Assembly: GCA_963700635.1 (NCBI GenBank)
Contig: CAVOYH010000004.1
Span: forward strand, 512,001 to 576,000
From: an uncultured Bacteroidota bacterium
Lineage (GTDB): Bacteria; Bacteroidota; Ignavibacteria; UBA10030; UBA6906
Direction: 5' to 3'
Length of the DNA: 64,000 nt
In this document: positions 36,768 to 46,481 of the stretch, one piece after another
Layout of the letters: every line of letters begins with the position of its first letter
Numbering within the stretch: the first letter of the stretch is position 1
Notes under the pieces: generated by a model
Told to the model about the DNA's origin: nothing
The model's database searches: none
What the model saw: only the letters and a program-made list of their open reading frames with translations
Program-made: the position numbers and the translations under genes

Positions 36768-39700
36768 TATTCCGGGTTACACCATTGACAACGAGCTGTA
36801 CCGCGGCAATCACACTGTTGTTGTCCGGGGTCGACGCCGACCCGACGGACATCCCGTAGTCCTCAAAACCCTTCAGCCCTCCGGTGCTCCATTCAGTGAA
36901 GCGCTCCGCCTCCACCATGAATACGAAATCATAAGAGGGATACAGAGTACGCAGGTTATTCAGGCCGTCGGGTTCGAGAGGCATGAAGGTGTTCACGCGC
37001 TGGTGCTCGAAGACTTCGGAGGGTTGTCGCTCAACAGACATCTGGCGACGACCCGTGTGGATATCCTCTCGTTCCTTCAGATTGCGATCCAGCTCGCGGA
37101 GGGGCTGAAGGATATTCATGCGGCCAATGTGATCCACAAGGACATCAATCCGTCAAATATCGTCATCAATCCTTCCACAGGGCAGGTGAAGATTATTGAC
37201 TTTGGTATCGCCTCTCCTCTCCCGATGGAAAGTGCCCGGACCTTCCAGCCGCGGTTTCTTGAAGGAACCCTTGCGTACATCTCGCCTGAACAGACAGGGA
37301 GGATGAACAGGTCTCTTGATTACCGGAGCGATTTTTATTCGCTTGGCGTGACGCTCTACGAGATGCTCATCGGATGGCTGCCGTTTCCCTCTGGTGACCC
37401 TATGGAGATGCTTCACTCTCACATCGCCCGCATTCCCCGGATCCCGTCCGAATTGAACCCGGCGCTCCCGCGTGCGCTCTCGGCGATCGTGATGAAGCTC
37501 CTGGCTAAAACGGCGGAGGAGCGTTATCGTAGCGCTGCCGGGTTGAAGCACGATCTCGAAGAATGTGTACGGTTTCAGAAGGAGCGGGGAATGATCCCCG
37601 ATCTCACGCCGGGTGATCGTGACATATCGGACAGGTTTCGGATCCCGGAGAGGTTATATGGAAGGGAGCAGGAAGTTCTCGAGCTGGAGCAGGCCTTTGA
37701 GCGCACCAGCAAGGGTGACTCACAGTTATTGCTTGTCTCGGGCGGTCCCGGAATCGGGAAATCTGCGCTGGTGCATGAAGTCCAGCGATCGATCGTCCGC
37801 CACCGCGGATTCTTCATCGCAGGAAAGTGTGATCAGTTTAACCGGGATGCTCCCTACGCATCCCTGACTCAAGCCTTTCGCGGGTTGATCTCCCAGCTGC
37901 TCGCTTCAAGTCCCGCTGAGCTTGACGTCTGGCGGCTGAAACTCAAAGAAGCCCTCGGACCCAACGGCGATGCCCTTAACGGAATTGTTCCCGGTATGGA
38001 ACTTCTCGTCGGCGACGTGGCCCGGACGCACGATCTGCCGGCTGTAGAGGCGCAGAACCGGACGAATCGTGCTCTGTTGAGTTTTGTGCGGGCACTCTCC
38101 CGCCCCGAACATCCGTTGGTGATTTTCCTGGATGATCTCCAGTGGACTGACCGTGCTTCGCTGAGGATTATCCATCTCCTCCTGACAGATCCCGCTATGG
38201 AATCCCTTCTCCTTATCGGAGCGTATCGGGATGACGAAGTGGTGTCCCCCCATCCGCTGGCGGTTGCCATCGACGGGATTCTTGAGGCAAAGGGAACCGT
38301 TCATCGTATAACATTGGCCCCCCTGAGAGCGGAGAGCCTGACTCATCTGCTTGCGGACACGTTGCAGAGTGATGCAGCGCAGTGTGGGGGATTAAGCGAT
38401 CTTGTTGCTTCAAAAACCGGCGCAAACCCCTTCTTTGTGGGTGAATTCCTCAAGGCGCTTCATCAGGAGCGTCTGCTCAGTTTTAATGACGAACAGCGGA
38501 CATGGACATGGGATCTCGAGGCGATACGCAGGAAGGGGATTACGGAAAACGTTGTCGCGCTGATGACCGGGAAGATCCGGCGCCTGCCGGAGGAGACGCA
38601 GCATCTGCTGCGTTTTGCAGCATGCCTTGGCAATCGTTTTGACCTCGAGACGCTTCTCCAGGTCTCAGGCGAGGGGCTCGAACGTATAGCGGCCGGACTT
38701 ACGGCTGCTATCAAAGAGGGGCTCCTTCTCCCCATGGGGGATGCAACGCAGTGGATGCATGGTGCAGAGGCAGTGTCAGAGAGGTTCAGCCGGGAGCATT
38801 CCTCTCTGCGCGTGGATGTCTCCTACCTGTTCGCGCACGATCGTATTCAACAGGCGGCGTACTCGCTGATTCCCGCTGAGGAAGCCCCCGCAGTGCACTA
38901 CGCTATCGGGCAGAATCTTCTGCGTGCGCGCACCGACCGCCTTTTCGATGTCGTGGAACATCTGAACAGGGGAAAGGAATGTCTGGCAAATGAGCAGGAG
39001 CGTGTGGAACTCTGTCGTCTCACTCTGGCGGCGGGGAAGAAGGCAAAAGCTTCTGCAGCGTTTGATCCCGCCCTTCAGTATTGTACGGCTGGATTATCCC
39101 TGCTCCGGGAGGAGGATTGGACCAATCTTTATGACGTTGCACGGGACCTGCTTATGGAGCAGGGAGAATGCGCGTACCTTACCGGGTCCTTTGAGCTGGC
39201 GGAGCATTCATACGACCTTGCCCTCACACGCGCACGAACGGCGGCGGACCGGGGACGGATTTACGGCCTGATGATTGATCTTTTTATTCATCAGGGCCGG
39301 ATAGATCTTGCGCTGGAAACCGGAATCAAAGGTCTGAACGTTCTGGGGGTCCGGCTCGCGCCACACCCCGGCCGGCTTACGGTCCTGCGGGAGATGGCAA
39401 TGGTGCGTCTGAGGCTCCGGAATAGAAGAATCGGCGACCTGATTCACCTGCCCGAGATGACCGCGGAGGAACCCCGCGTGGCGATGAATATCCTGATGAG
39501 TCTCTTTGGTGTCGCCTATTCGCTGAGTCAGGAGATGACCGCCCTTGTGGTCGCCAGGATGATGAACCTTACCCTCAGGTACGGCAACACCGACGTTTCA
39601 GCCTATGCCTATGGCATCTACGGCCTCATCCTGAGAACCCTCGGTGCAGTGTCATCCGGATACGCCCTGGCACTCCTGGGGCTGGACGTGAGCGACAAGT

Positions 39701-42011
39701 TTGACAACATTCTGCTGAAGGGTAGATGTAATTTCGTCGTTGGATGTCTGCATAATCACTGGCACAATCATGCCCGAACGAATCCGCGCTATATGAGCGA
39801 ATGCCATCGGTGCAGCGCTGAAAGTGGAGACTTGCTTTACGATTCGTATGCCTATTCTCAGGAAACAATCGTCGGGATATTCACCGGCAACCCACTGGCC
39901 ACGGTATTCGACAAGGCCACAGAGTATCTCGGATTTGTCGAAGGCATCGAGCACAAGGACATGATTCACTACTTCGTCCTCGCACGCCAGTTTATCCTCA
40001 ATCTCCAGGGAAAGACGGAGGGCCCGGCTACCCTCACCGGGGAAGGGTTTGATGAGGAAGCGTATGTGCGCGAACTCGACAAGACCGGTTGGACCGCTCC
40101 ACGCATGTACTACCGCGCCTTGCGGATACAACTGTGCTACCACCACCGCTTATACCCAGAGGCTCTCGCGGTGATTGAAGAATCCTCCGCCCTCAGTCAC
40201 GCATTAACCGGCCAGGTCGTGGAAGCGGAGTTTGTTTTTTACCATTCGCTTACCCTGGCAGCGGCATGCGCAGGAGCCGATGATACCAGACGACGGATGT
40301 TTCGCGCAGCAATACGATCCAACCAGAAAAAGATGAAGCGCTGGGCAACATACTGTCCGGAAAATTTCCTCCACAGATGGCAACTGATCGCGGCAGAGCA
40401 GGCCCGCCTGGAAGGCGATGGTGAGACGGCCATGCGGCTGTACGATGAGGCCATCGCGGGGGCGCGGAAGCAGGAGTATTTTCAGAACGAGGCGCTGGCC
40501 AATGAACTGGCAGGGTGTTTCTACCTGGGGCTCGGGCGGGAGAAGGTGGCCCGGACGTATCTCTGGGAGGCCCGACAGGGCTATTCGCTCTGGGGGGCGA
40601 TGGAAAAAGTCCGCCAGATGGAAAATATGTACGGTCTTCTCGCCTCTCGTACTCATTATGGTTCATCGGCCGCGGGGCAGACGCGGGAACCGTCCACCGT
40701 CACGGATGCCGTTCCCGCGAGCATGGACCTGTTGTCGGTGCTGAAGGCCTCTCAGGCTCTCTCTGGTGAAATCGTTTTTTCCAGGTTGTTGCAGACCATG
40801 ATGACGATTGTCCTGGAAAACGCTGGGGCGCAACGGGGAGTCCTGGTGATGGAACGGGGGAACACGCTGGTTGTGGAGGCGGAGCATGATGTCAACATGG
40901 CGGCCGCGACCGTGATGCACTCCCTCCCGGTCGCACAGTGTGAGCGCGTCTGTGAAGGGATCGTCCGATACGTCGCACGGTCGCATCAGACCGTCGTTCT
41001 CCACAACGCAGTAGAAGAGGGGGACTTCATCGGTGACCCGTACATTCTCCGGGTGAAGCCGAAGTCTGTTCTGAGTATGCCGATCGAACACCAGGGGCGT
41101 CTTACGGGTATTCTGTACCTTGAAAACAATCTTCTCTCGAATGCATTTACGCCTGCCAGACTGGAGATCCTCCGGCTTCTCTCATCCCAGATCGCGGTGT
41201 CGATGGAGAATGCGCGCCTCTATGTGCAGGAACGCGAACTGGCCCGTATGCAGGAGGAAGTCCGTCTGGCCGCCGCGATACAGCGGGACCTGCTGCCCGC
41301 AGAGCAACCCGTGGTGCCCGGTTATGAAATCCTCGGTCGGAACATTCCTGCGCAGACGGTCGGGGGCGATTATTTCGACTTTATCCGGATCACCGGCGAA
41401 CGTCTGGCCGTCACCCTCGGGGATGTCTCCGGTAAAGGCCTACCAGCATCGCTGCTGATGGCGAATTTACAAGCCGCGCTCAGGGGACAAACACTCCATA
41501 ATCTCCCGGCCGCCGGGTGCCTGGCACGATCCAACCGCCTGCTCTATGAAAGTACAGGTCCTGAGAAATTTGCTACGGTATTTTACGCCATCCTCGACAC
41601 CGGCACGCACACGCTGCAATACTGCAATGCAGGCCATGAACATCCCTTCTTGCTTTCGACAAACGGCACACTCCGGACTCTGGTGACAGGGGGACGGCCC
41701 TCGGGTTCCTTCCTGAGTTCGCCTATGAGGAAGAGGCCGTTTCCCTTTCGGAGGGCGACCTCTTGCTCGTCTATTCAGACGGAATTTCGGAAGCGATGAA
41801 CCCGCAGGGTGATCTGCTGGGTCATCAGGCGTTGACGGAGATTCTCATGGCACATCAGGATCTTCCGCTGCATGAACTTCTGGACAGAATCGTTGCGCGG
41901 GTCCATGATCACGCCGCCGGCGCCCCCCAGTCCGACGACATCACACTGGTTGCCGTCCGACGATCAATTTCCTCCGGCTCTCCCCTTGCGAATAAGCCCT
42001 TTCTATCATAG
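36745..42011 (+). CDS. Ser/Thr kinase-AAA ATPase-TPR-GAF-SpoIIE(PP2C) multidomain sensor with one frameshift near 41690
   Basis: HKDINPSN, DFG, GTLAYISPEQTGR; Walker A GGPGIGKS; LDDLQW; FAHDRIQQAAY; GAF GILYLEN; PP2C VGGDYFD, DVSGKG, NAGH. One extra G in the G-run gives VTGGTALG...YSDGISEA...QSDDIT. Confidence 0.9.
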
Positions 42012-42014
42012 ATT
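41986..42014 (+). promoter_or_regulatory. sigma70-like promoter for the polyamine genes
   Basis: TTGCGA-N17-TAGATT, about 65 bp before ATG 42081. Confidence 0.4.
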
Positions 42015-42080
42015 TACGTGACACGATACACAATTTCAGGAACCGCCTGCCACGTAACACACAAAGGAATATCAACTATT

Positions 42081-43265
42081 ATGGACCACTCTCAGAAACA
42101 CCATCCGGACAGACACGGATACCTTTCGGGAAAACGTGTACTTCCCAAACCGATCACAAAGGATAGCGACATTGCCAGCGTCATCGATAACATGGATGCC
42201 TACAATGGGGGAAGGCTGAGGGCTGCCTGCCAGCTGATGCGTGACAAGTACTCGAAAGAAGATGTCACCATCGGATTGAGTATCGCGGGGGCCTTAACAC
42301 CGGCCGGTCTCGGTCCATCCACCATCATCCCCCTTATGAACCACGGGTTCGTGGACTGGCTGGTGGCGACGGGCGCCAATATGTATCATGACATGCATTT
42401 CGCCTTTAATATGCCGTTGTTCCGCGGCACCCACACGGTTGACGACGCTGACCTGCGTGAAAAAGGGGTGACCCGGATCTACGATATCCTGTTTGATTAT
42501 CAGGACGTCTTGATGGCGACCGATCGTATCCTGCGGAAGATCATGTTACAGCCGGAATTCCAGAAGGAGATGGGGACGAGAGAATACTACCATCACCTCG
42601 GAAAGGTGCTCAACGAGTACGAACGGAAAGCCAATCTTGGCGAGGTCAGCATCCTGGCGGCAGCATACCGGAATGGAATACCGGTCTTTACCTCTTCGCC
42701 GGGGGATTCCACCATCGGCATGAATGTCGCGGGACTGGAACTCCTTGCTGAGGCGGCCGGGCTTAAAGAGCATTTTAAACTTAAGATCAATCCGAGTCTG
42801 GATGTCAACGATTCCACCGCCATCATCCTGAATGCCAAGAACTACGAGAAAGGGAAGACCGGCGTGCTCCTCATCGGTGGCGGCAGCCCGAAGAACTTCC
42901 TGCTCCAGACAGAACCGCAGATTCAGGAAGTGCTGATGATCCCGGAGGTCGGGCAGGATTACGATATCAACATCACCGACGCACGTCCGGACACGGGTGG
43001 TCTTTCCGGCGCCCCTCCCAGCGAAGCGGTGAGCTGGGGGAAGATCGACCCCACGAAGCTTGAGGAAACCGTGACCGCCTACATCGATGTGACTGTGGCC
43101 TTCCCGCTTCTGGTAGCGTACGTTCAGCAGACAACAAAGCCCAAGAAACAAAAACGTCTCTATGACCGGGGAGACGAACTAAGGGCAAAGTTGATCAAAT
43201 CGTATCTTGAGAACAACAAGGAAATAGAAGAGCTAAAATCCGTCATGAAGAAGCTGCCCGCCTGA
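42081..43265 (+). CDS. Deoxyhypusine synthase-like protein (probable homospermidine synthase, SpeY-like)
   Basis: AGALTPAG, TGANMYHD, PGDSTIG, GGGSPKN, DTGGLSGA, EAVSWGK (catalytic Lys). Confidence 0.88.
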   Translation: MDHSQKHHPDRHGYLSGKRVLPKPITKDSDIASVIDNMDAYNGGRLRAACQLMRDKYSKEDVTIGLSIAGALTPAGLGPSTIIPLMNHGFVDWLVATGANMYHDMHFAFNMPLFRGTHTVDDADLREKGVTRIYDILFDYQDVLMATDRILRKIMLQPEFQKEMGTREYYHHLGKVLNEYERKANLGEVSILAAAYRNGIPVFTSSPGDSTIGMNVAGLELLAEAAGLKEHFKLKINPSLDVNDSTAIILNAKNYEKGKTGVLLIGGGSPKNFLLQTEPQIQEVLMIPEVGQDYDINITDARPDTGGLSGAPPSEAVSWGKIDPTKLEETVTAYIDVTVAFPLLVAYVQQTTKPKKQKRLYDRGDELRAKLIKSYLENNKEIEELKSVMKKLPA

Positions 43266-43305
43266 TGGTTATCCCGTACCTCACATCCGTTACCTGGAGA
43301 ACGAT

Positions 43306-44460
43306 TTGGACAATCACGAAGACCTCTTGAACCTCGTGGAGCAGCATGGCTCCCCGTTGTTCATCGTTGACCATGAAAAACTCCGGGAGAACTACCGGAC
43401 ATTCAAAAAGCACCTGCCGCGGGTTCAATGTTACTATGCGGTAAAGGCGAACTCACAGCAGGAGATCATCGAGACCCTGTTCGAGGAGGGATCGAGTTTT
43501 GATGTCGCCTCGTACCGGGAATTTATGCAGGTCTATCAGTACATCAAACACTTTGAGAAAAAAGAGAAGAAACATTTTGTCTGGGACAAAATCATTTTCT
43601 CCAACACGATCAAAGACCGCGCAACACTTGCGAAAATAAAGCAGTACAGACCCCTGGTGACATACGACAACAACGCCGAACTGATCAAGCTCAAGCATGA
43701 GTGTGACACTGCGGGACTGGTGCTGCGCCTCAAGGTGCCTGACACCGGTTCTCAGGTGGAGATGGCCTCCAAATTCGGTGCGGAACCGGGGGACGCCCAG
43801 CAACTGATACAACAGGCCTTTGATATGGGTCTGAAGGTCGAGGGGATCAGCTTCCATGTGGGGAGCCAGTGCACAAACTTCGACAACTATACCGTGGCCC
43901 TGGACATCGTTGCTACTGTTCTCCATGATGCGCGAAAAAAGGGGTTCCCCTTGAATCTTGTGGATATCGGAGGCGGGTTTCCGGTTCCGTACGACCCCGG
44001 GGTTCCGCATTTCGAACGGCTTGCCACTCTCCTGAACTCCGAGTTCGCGCGGTTGTTCCCCGACGATATTGAAATCCTTGCTGAACCGGGGCGGTTTATT
44101 GTGGCAACGGTTGCCACGCTGGTCTCGGAGATCATCGGCAAGGCCCGTAGGGACGGGAAGGTATTCTACCACATTAATGACGGGGTCTATCATACCTTCT
44201 CGGGCGTGGTGTACGATCACTGGATTCCGAACTTTCACGCTTTTAAGGAGGGCGAAACGGAGATCTGTGCGGTGGTCGGACCTACCTGCGACAGTTTTGA
44301 CAAGATTTCTCTTTCCGTGGACCTCCCCTGGAATCTCGAGGTGGGGGATTATCTCTACACGGAGAACATCGGGGCGTACAGTACGGCATCCTCAACAAAG
44401 TTTAATGGATTTGACGGGGCGAAGATACTCCACAGGAAATCTCCCGCGTCGCATCGTTAA
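43306..44460 (+). CDS. Fold-type III PLP ornithine/lysine decarboxylase
   Basis: YYAVKAN, FDVAS, SKFG, SFHVGSQ, DIGGGF, EPGR, GPTCDSFD, GAY. Confidence 0.92.
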   Translation: MDNHEDLLNLVEQHGSPLFIVDHEKLRENYRTFKKHLPRVQCYYAVKANSQQEIIETLFEEGSSFDVASYREFMQVYQYIKHFEKKEKKHFVWDKIIFSNTIKDRATLAKIKQYRPLVTYDNNAELIKLKHECDTAGLVLRLKVPDTGSQVEMASKFGAEPGDAQQLIQQAFDMGLKVEGISFHVGSQCTNFDNYTVALDIVATVLHDARKKGFPLNLVDIGGGFPVPYDPGVPHFERLATLLNSEFARLFPDDIEILAEPGRFIVATVATLVSEIIGKARRDGKVFYHINDGVYHTFSGVVYDHWIPNFHAFKEGETEICAVVGPTCDSFDKISLSVDLPWNLEVGDYLYTENIGAYSTASSTKFNGFDGAKILHRKSPASHR

Positions 44461-44504
44461 ACGAGAAACGCCGGCTTGTGGCCGGATGAACTCTCGGAAC
44501 AACA

Positions 44505-44539
44505 GAGCGGGCAACCCGTGAGTCTCAGGTTGCCCGCTC
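44505..44539. terminator. Hairpin terminator between convergent genes
   Basis: Perfect 12-bp stem GAGCGGGCAACC...GGTTGCCCGCTC, followed by TGTTGTT on the minus strand. Confidence 0.75.
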
Positions 44540-44572
44540 GATTGTACAGCTGTTACGATGTACCGTGTTGTA

Positions 44573-45316
44573 CTACCTTGCTGTGCGTCCTTCCACAGCA
44601 TTACGTCCTTCCACGGCATTACGTCCGTCCACCGCATTACGTCCTTCCATGACATTACGTCCTTCCATAACGTTGCGTGCTTCCATCGGCATCGCATTGA
44701 GGACGCTTGTCCGCTCGGCAACCGGTAGCGCATTAAACGTTGCCATTTTGGATTCAACGGGGAGCGCGTTGTAGAGGGCCGTCCGTGACTCCACCGGTAT
44801 CTTCGCCAGGCTCAACGCACGCGCGTCAAGGCTGCTCAGGCGTTCCGCAAACGTCGCCCGTTCTTCGGCCGGCATTTTTGCCAGGATTTGATTCCGTTGT
44901 TCCGTGCTCATTCGATCAAATGCGGCTTTCATTGCCTCGGCCGGGGTCCGGTCCAGGAGAATCTTCATCTGCTCGGCAGGAAGGGCAGCGAAAAAGCCAG
45001 CTCTCTGCTCGAGTGCGGCGCGGCTGATGAGCGAGGTCTTTCCATCTGCGGCAACGCGGCTGTTTGCATCAACGTTGGCCGCGGGGTTGTCCGTTGCCGA
45101 TGTGGCCGCGTCCTGACCTGCAAGCTGAACGTCCGCTTCACTGATCTGTTCCGCCCGGTATTTCGTGGCGGCCCCGATCGTTCCAGCCGCATCCTCTTCG
45201 GGAGGATAGGGCAGCAGAATCGCGACAAGGGCGATAACCACGATGATCGCTGCTGCGCTGCCTATGAGGATGCGGGACTTGCCCTTTCCTGACGCTGGGG
45301 TTTTTGAGTTTTCCAT
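44573..45316 (-). CDS. Membrane-anchored protein with ~12-aa helical repeats and a C-terminal (E/D)GRN(A/V)(V/M) hexapeptide tandem
   Basis: AGGAGG RBS; N-terminal TM; repeats such as NALPVESKMATF / NALPVAERTSVL; tail EARNVM EGRNVM EGRNAV DGRNAV EGRNAV EGRTAR. Confidence 0.85.
   Translation of the reverse strand: MENSKTPASGKGKSRILIGSAAAIIVVIALVAILLPYPPEEDAAGTIGAATKYRAEQISEADVQLAGQDAATSATDNPAANVDANSRVAADGKTSLISRAALEQRAGFFAALPAEQMKILLDRTPAEAMKAAFDRMSTEQRNQILAKMPAEERATFAERLSSLDARALSLAKIPVESRTALYNALPVESKMATFNALPVAERTSVLNAMPMEARNVMEGRNVMEGRNAVDGRNAVEGRNAVEGRTAR
44586..44693. repeat. 18-bp tandem repeat, about 6 units, in frame within the CDS
   Basis: CGTCCTTCCACAGCATTA / CGTCCTTCCACGGCATTA / CGTCCGTCCACCGCATTA / CGTCCTTCCATGACATTA / CGTCCTTCCATAACGTTG / CGTGCTTCCATCGGCATC. 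Confidence 0.95.
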
Positions 45317-45368
45317 GGTGCCTCCTAACAGAGAGTTGTGGGGTGATGGTGAGGTATCTGGTCTATCC

Positions 45369-45401
45369 TAACTACTTTTGAAAGGCCTGAAAGTTGGCCG
45401 G
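45369..45401 (-). promoter_or_regulatory. Putative ECF sigma promoter, copy 1 (upstream of the repeat protein)
   Basis: Minus strand CCGGCCAACTTTC-aggcctttcaaa-AGTAGTTA; matches the copy at 50917-50949 with identical spacing. Confidence 0.78.
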
Positions 45402-45464
45402 TTTTATGATATTTTCTCCCTGCGAACAGTGCTTTTCGCCCAAATTGGACGAAAACAGGCAAAA

Positions 45465-46481
45465 TCAGTCCTTTTCGAGAAAAGAGAGCTGCCACAGGTC
45501 CCGGCTCCGTGTGTTCAGGATGGGGTGCAGTGCGAGCAAACCCGTCCTGCCAATACTCTTTTGAAGGTATTGAAGCTCCTGTATCTGGGCCTTCGCCTCC
45601 GGATCCGGGGGAACGTCAAACCCCGAGTCTCGCATCATGAGCATCCCCTTTGCTTTGACAGCAAGTTCGCTGTGTAATCTGAGCAAACACAGCATGTCGG
45701 CCACCGTCCCGGGAGGGAATCTATCCTGTAACGAATGAAGGTACCGGCCGACCCTGTTTTCCGCAAGCACTCCGGCACTGATCATTTCGAGGATGTCCCT
45801 GTCTGTATCAAACCCTGACCCCAGCCATTCGCGGGTCACCGATTCACTCTGTCTGAAGACCATAATCAGAAGGAGCGGGAGAATCCCCATGGTCAGCAGG
45901 GTCGAAATCAACGGAGACAGGAAAAAGTGATTAAACAGTGAATGGATCACCATCGCAATCAGCAAACCGGGAAGAACCAGGTGACTTTTCCAGGAACCTG
46001 CGCGGTCAATCAACGCTTTTGCGGTAATCCCGACGATCGCTGTGGTTCCGCCATGCATAAGTGCGGTGCCGAATCCCCGGATGATCCACACGACAAGATG
46101 AGCATCCTGACGTACCTGCATGTAGTAAAGATTTTCCACTATGGCGAATCCTGCTCCGATGGCGAACCCGCGCACGGAGGCATCGACCATGAACCCCACC
46201 TTGTGGCTGCGGATGAGGTAGATGAGAAACGACGATTTGAGAAGCTCCTCTATGGCCGGGCCGACATACCGGGTGAGCGTTTTCGCCTCGATATGGAAAT
46301 TGCTCACTATCGACGTGTTCACAAAATAACTCACCACGGCAACCAGAAACCCGATCACAATCGTAAGAAGGACTTCCCGGACCCGTAAAAGCTTGAAACT
46401 GTCCAGAAGCACCAGACTCCCCAGAAAGGCAAGAACGGGGAGAAGAGCAATGCCCAGCTGCAGAATTCGTTCCGCCATCAA
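45465..46481 (-). CDS. prsW: PrsW family intramembrane glutamic protease
   Basis: EELLK (EExxK), GFAIVEN (FxxxE), ALMHG, HSLFN (HxxxN); multi-TM with a soluble C-terminal extension. Confidence 0.88.
   Translation of the reverse strand: MMAERILQLGIALLPVLAFLGSLVLLDSFKLLRVREVLLTIVIGFLVAVVSYFVNTSIVSNFHIEAKTLTRYVGPAIEELLKSSFLIYLIRSHKVGFMVDASVRGFAIGAGFAIVENLYYMQVRQDAHLVVWIIRGFGTALMHGGTTAIVGITAKALIDRAGSWKSHLVLPGLLIAMVIHSLFNHFFLSPLISTLLTMGILPLLLIMVFRQSESVTREWLGSGFDTDRDILEMISAGVLAENRVGRYLHSLQDRFPPGTVADMLCLLRLHSELAVKAKGMLMMRDSGFDVPPDPEAKAQIQELQYLQKSIGRTGLLALHPILNTRSRDLWQLSFLEKD

Noticed and set aside
44586-44693. 18-bp repeats as a CRISPR array
   Set aside because: Head-to-tail units with no spacers, in frame within a CDS, and no cas genes
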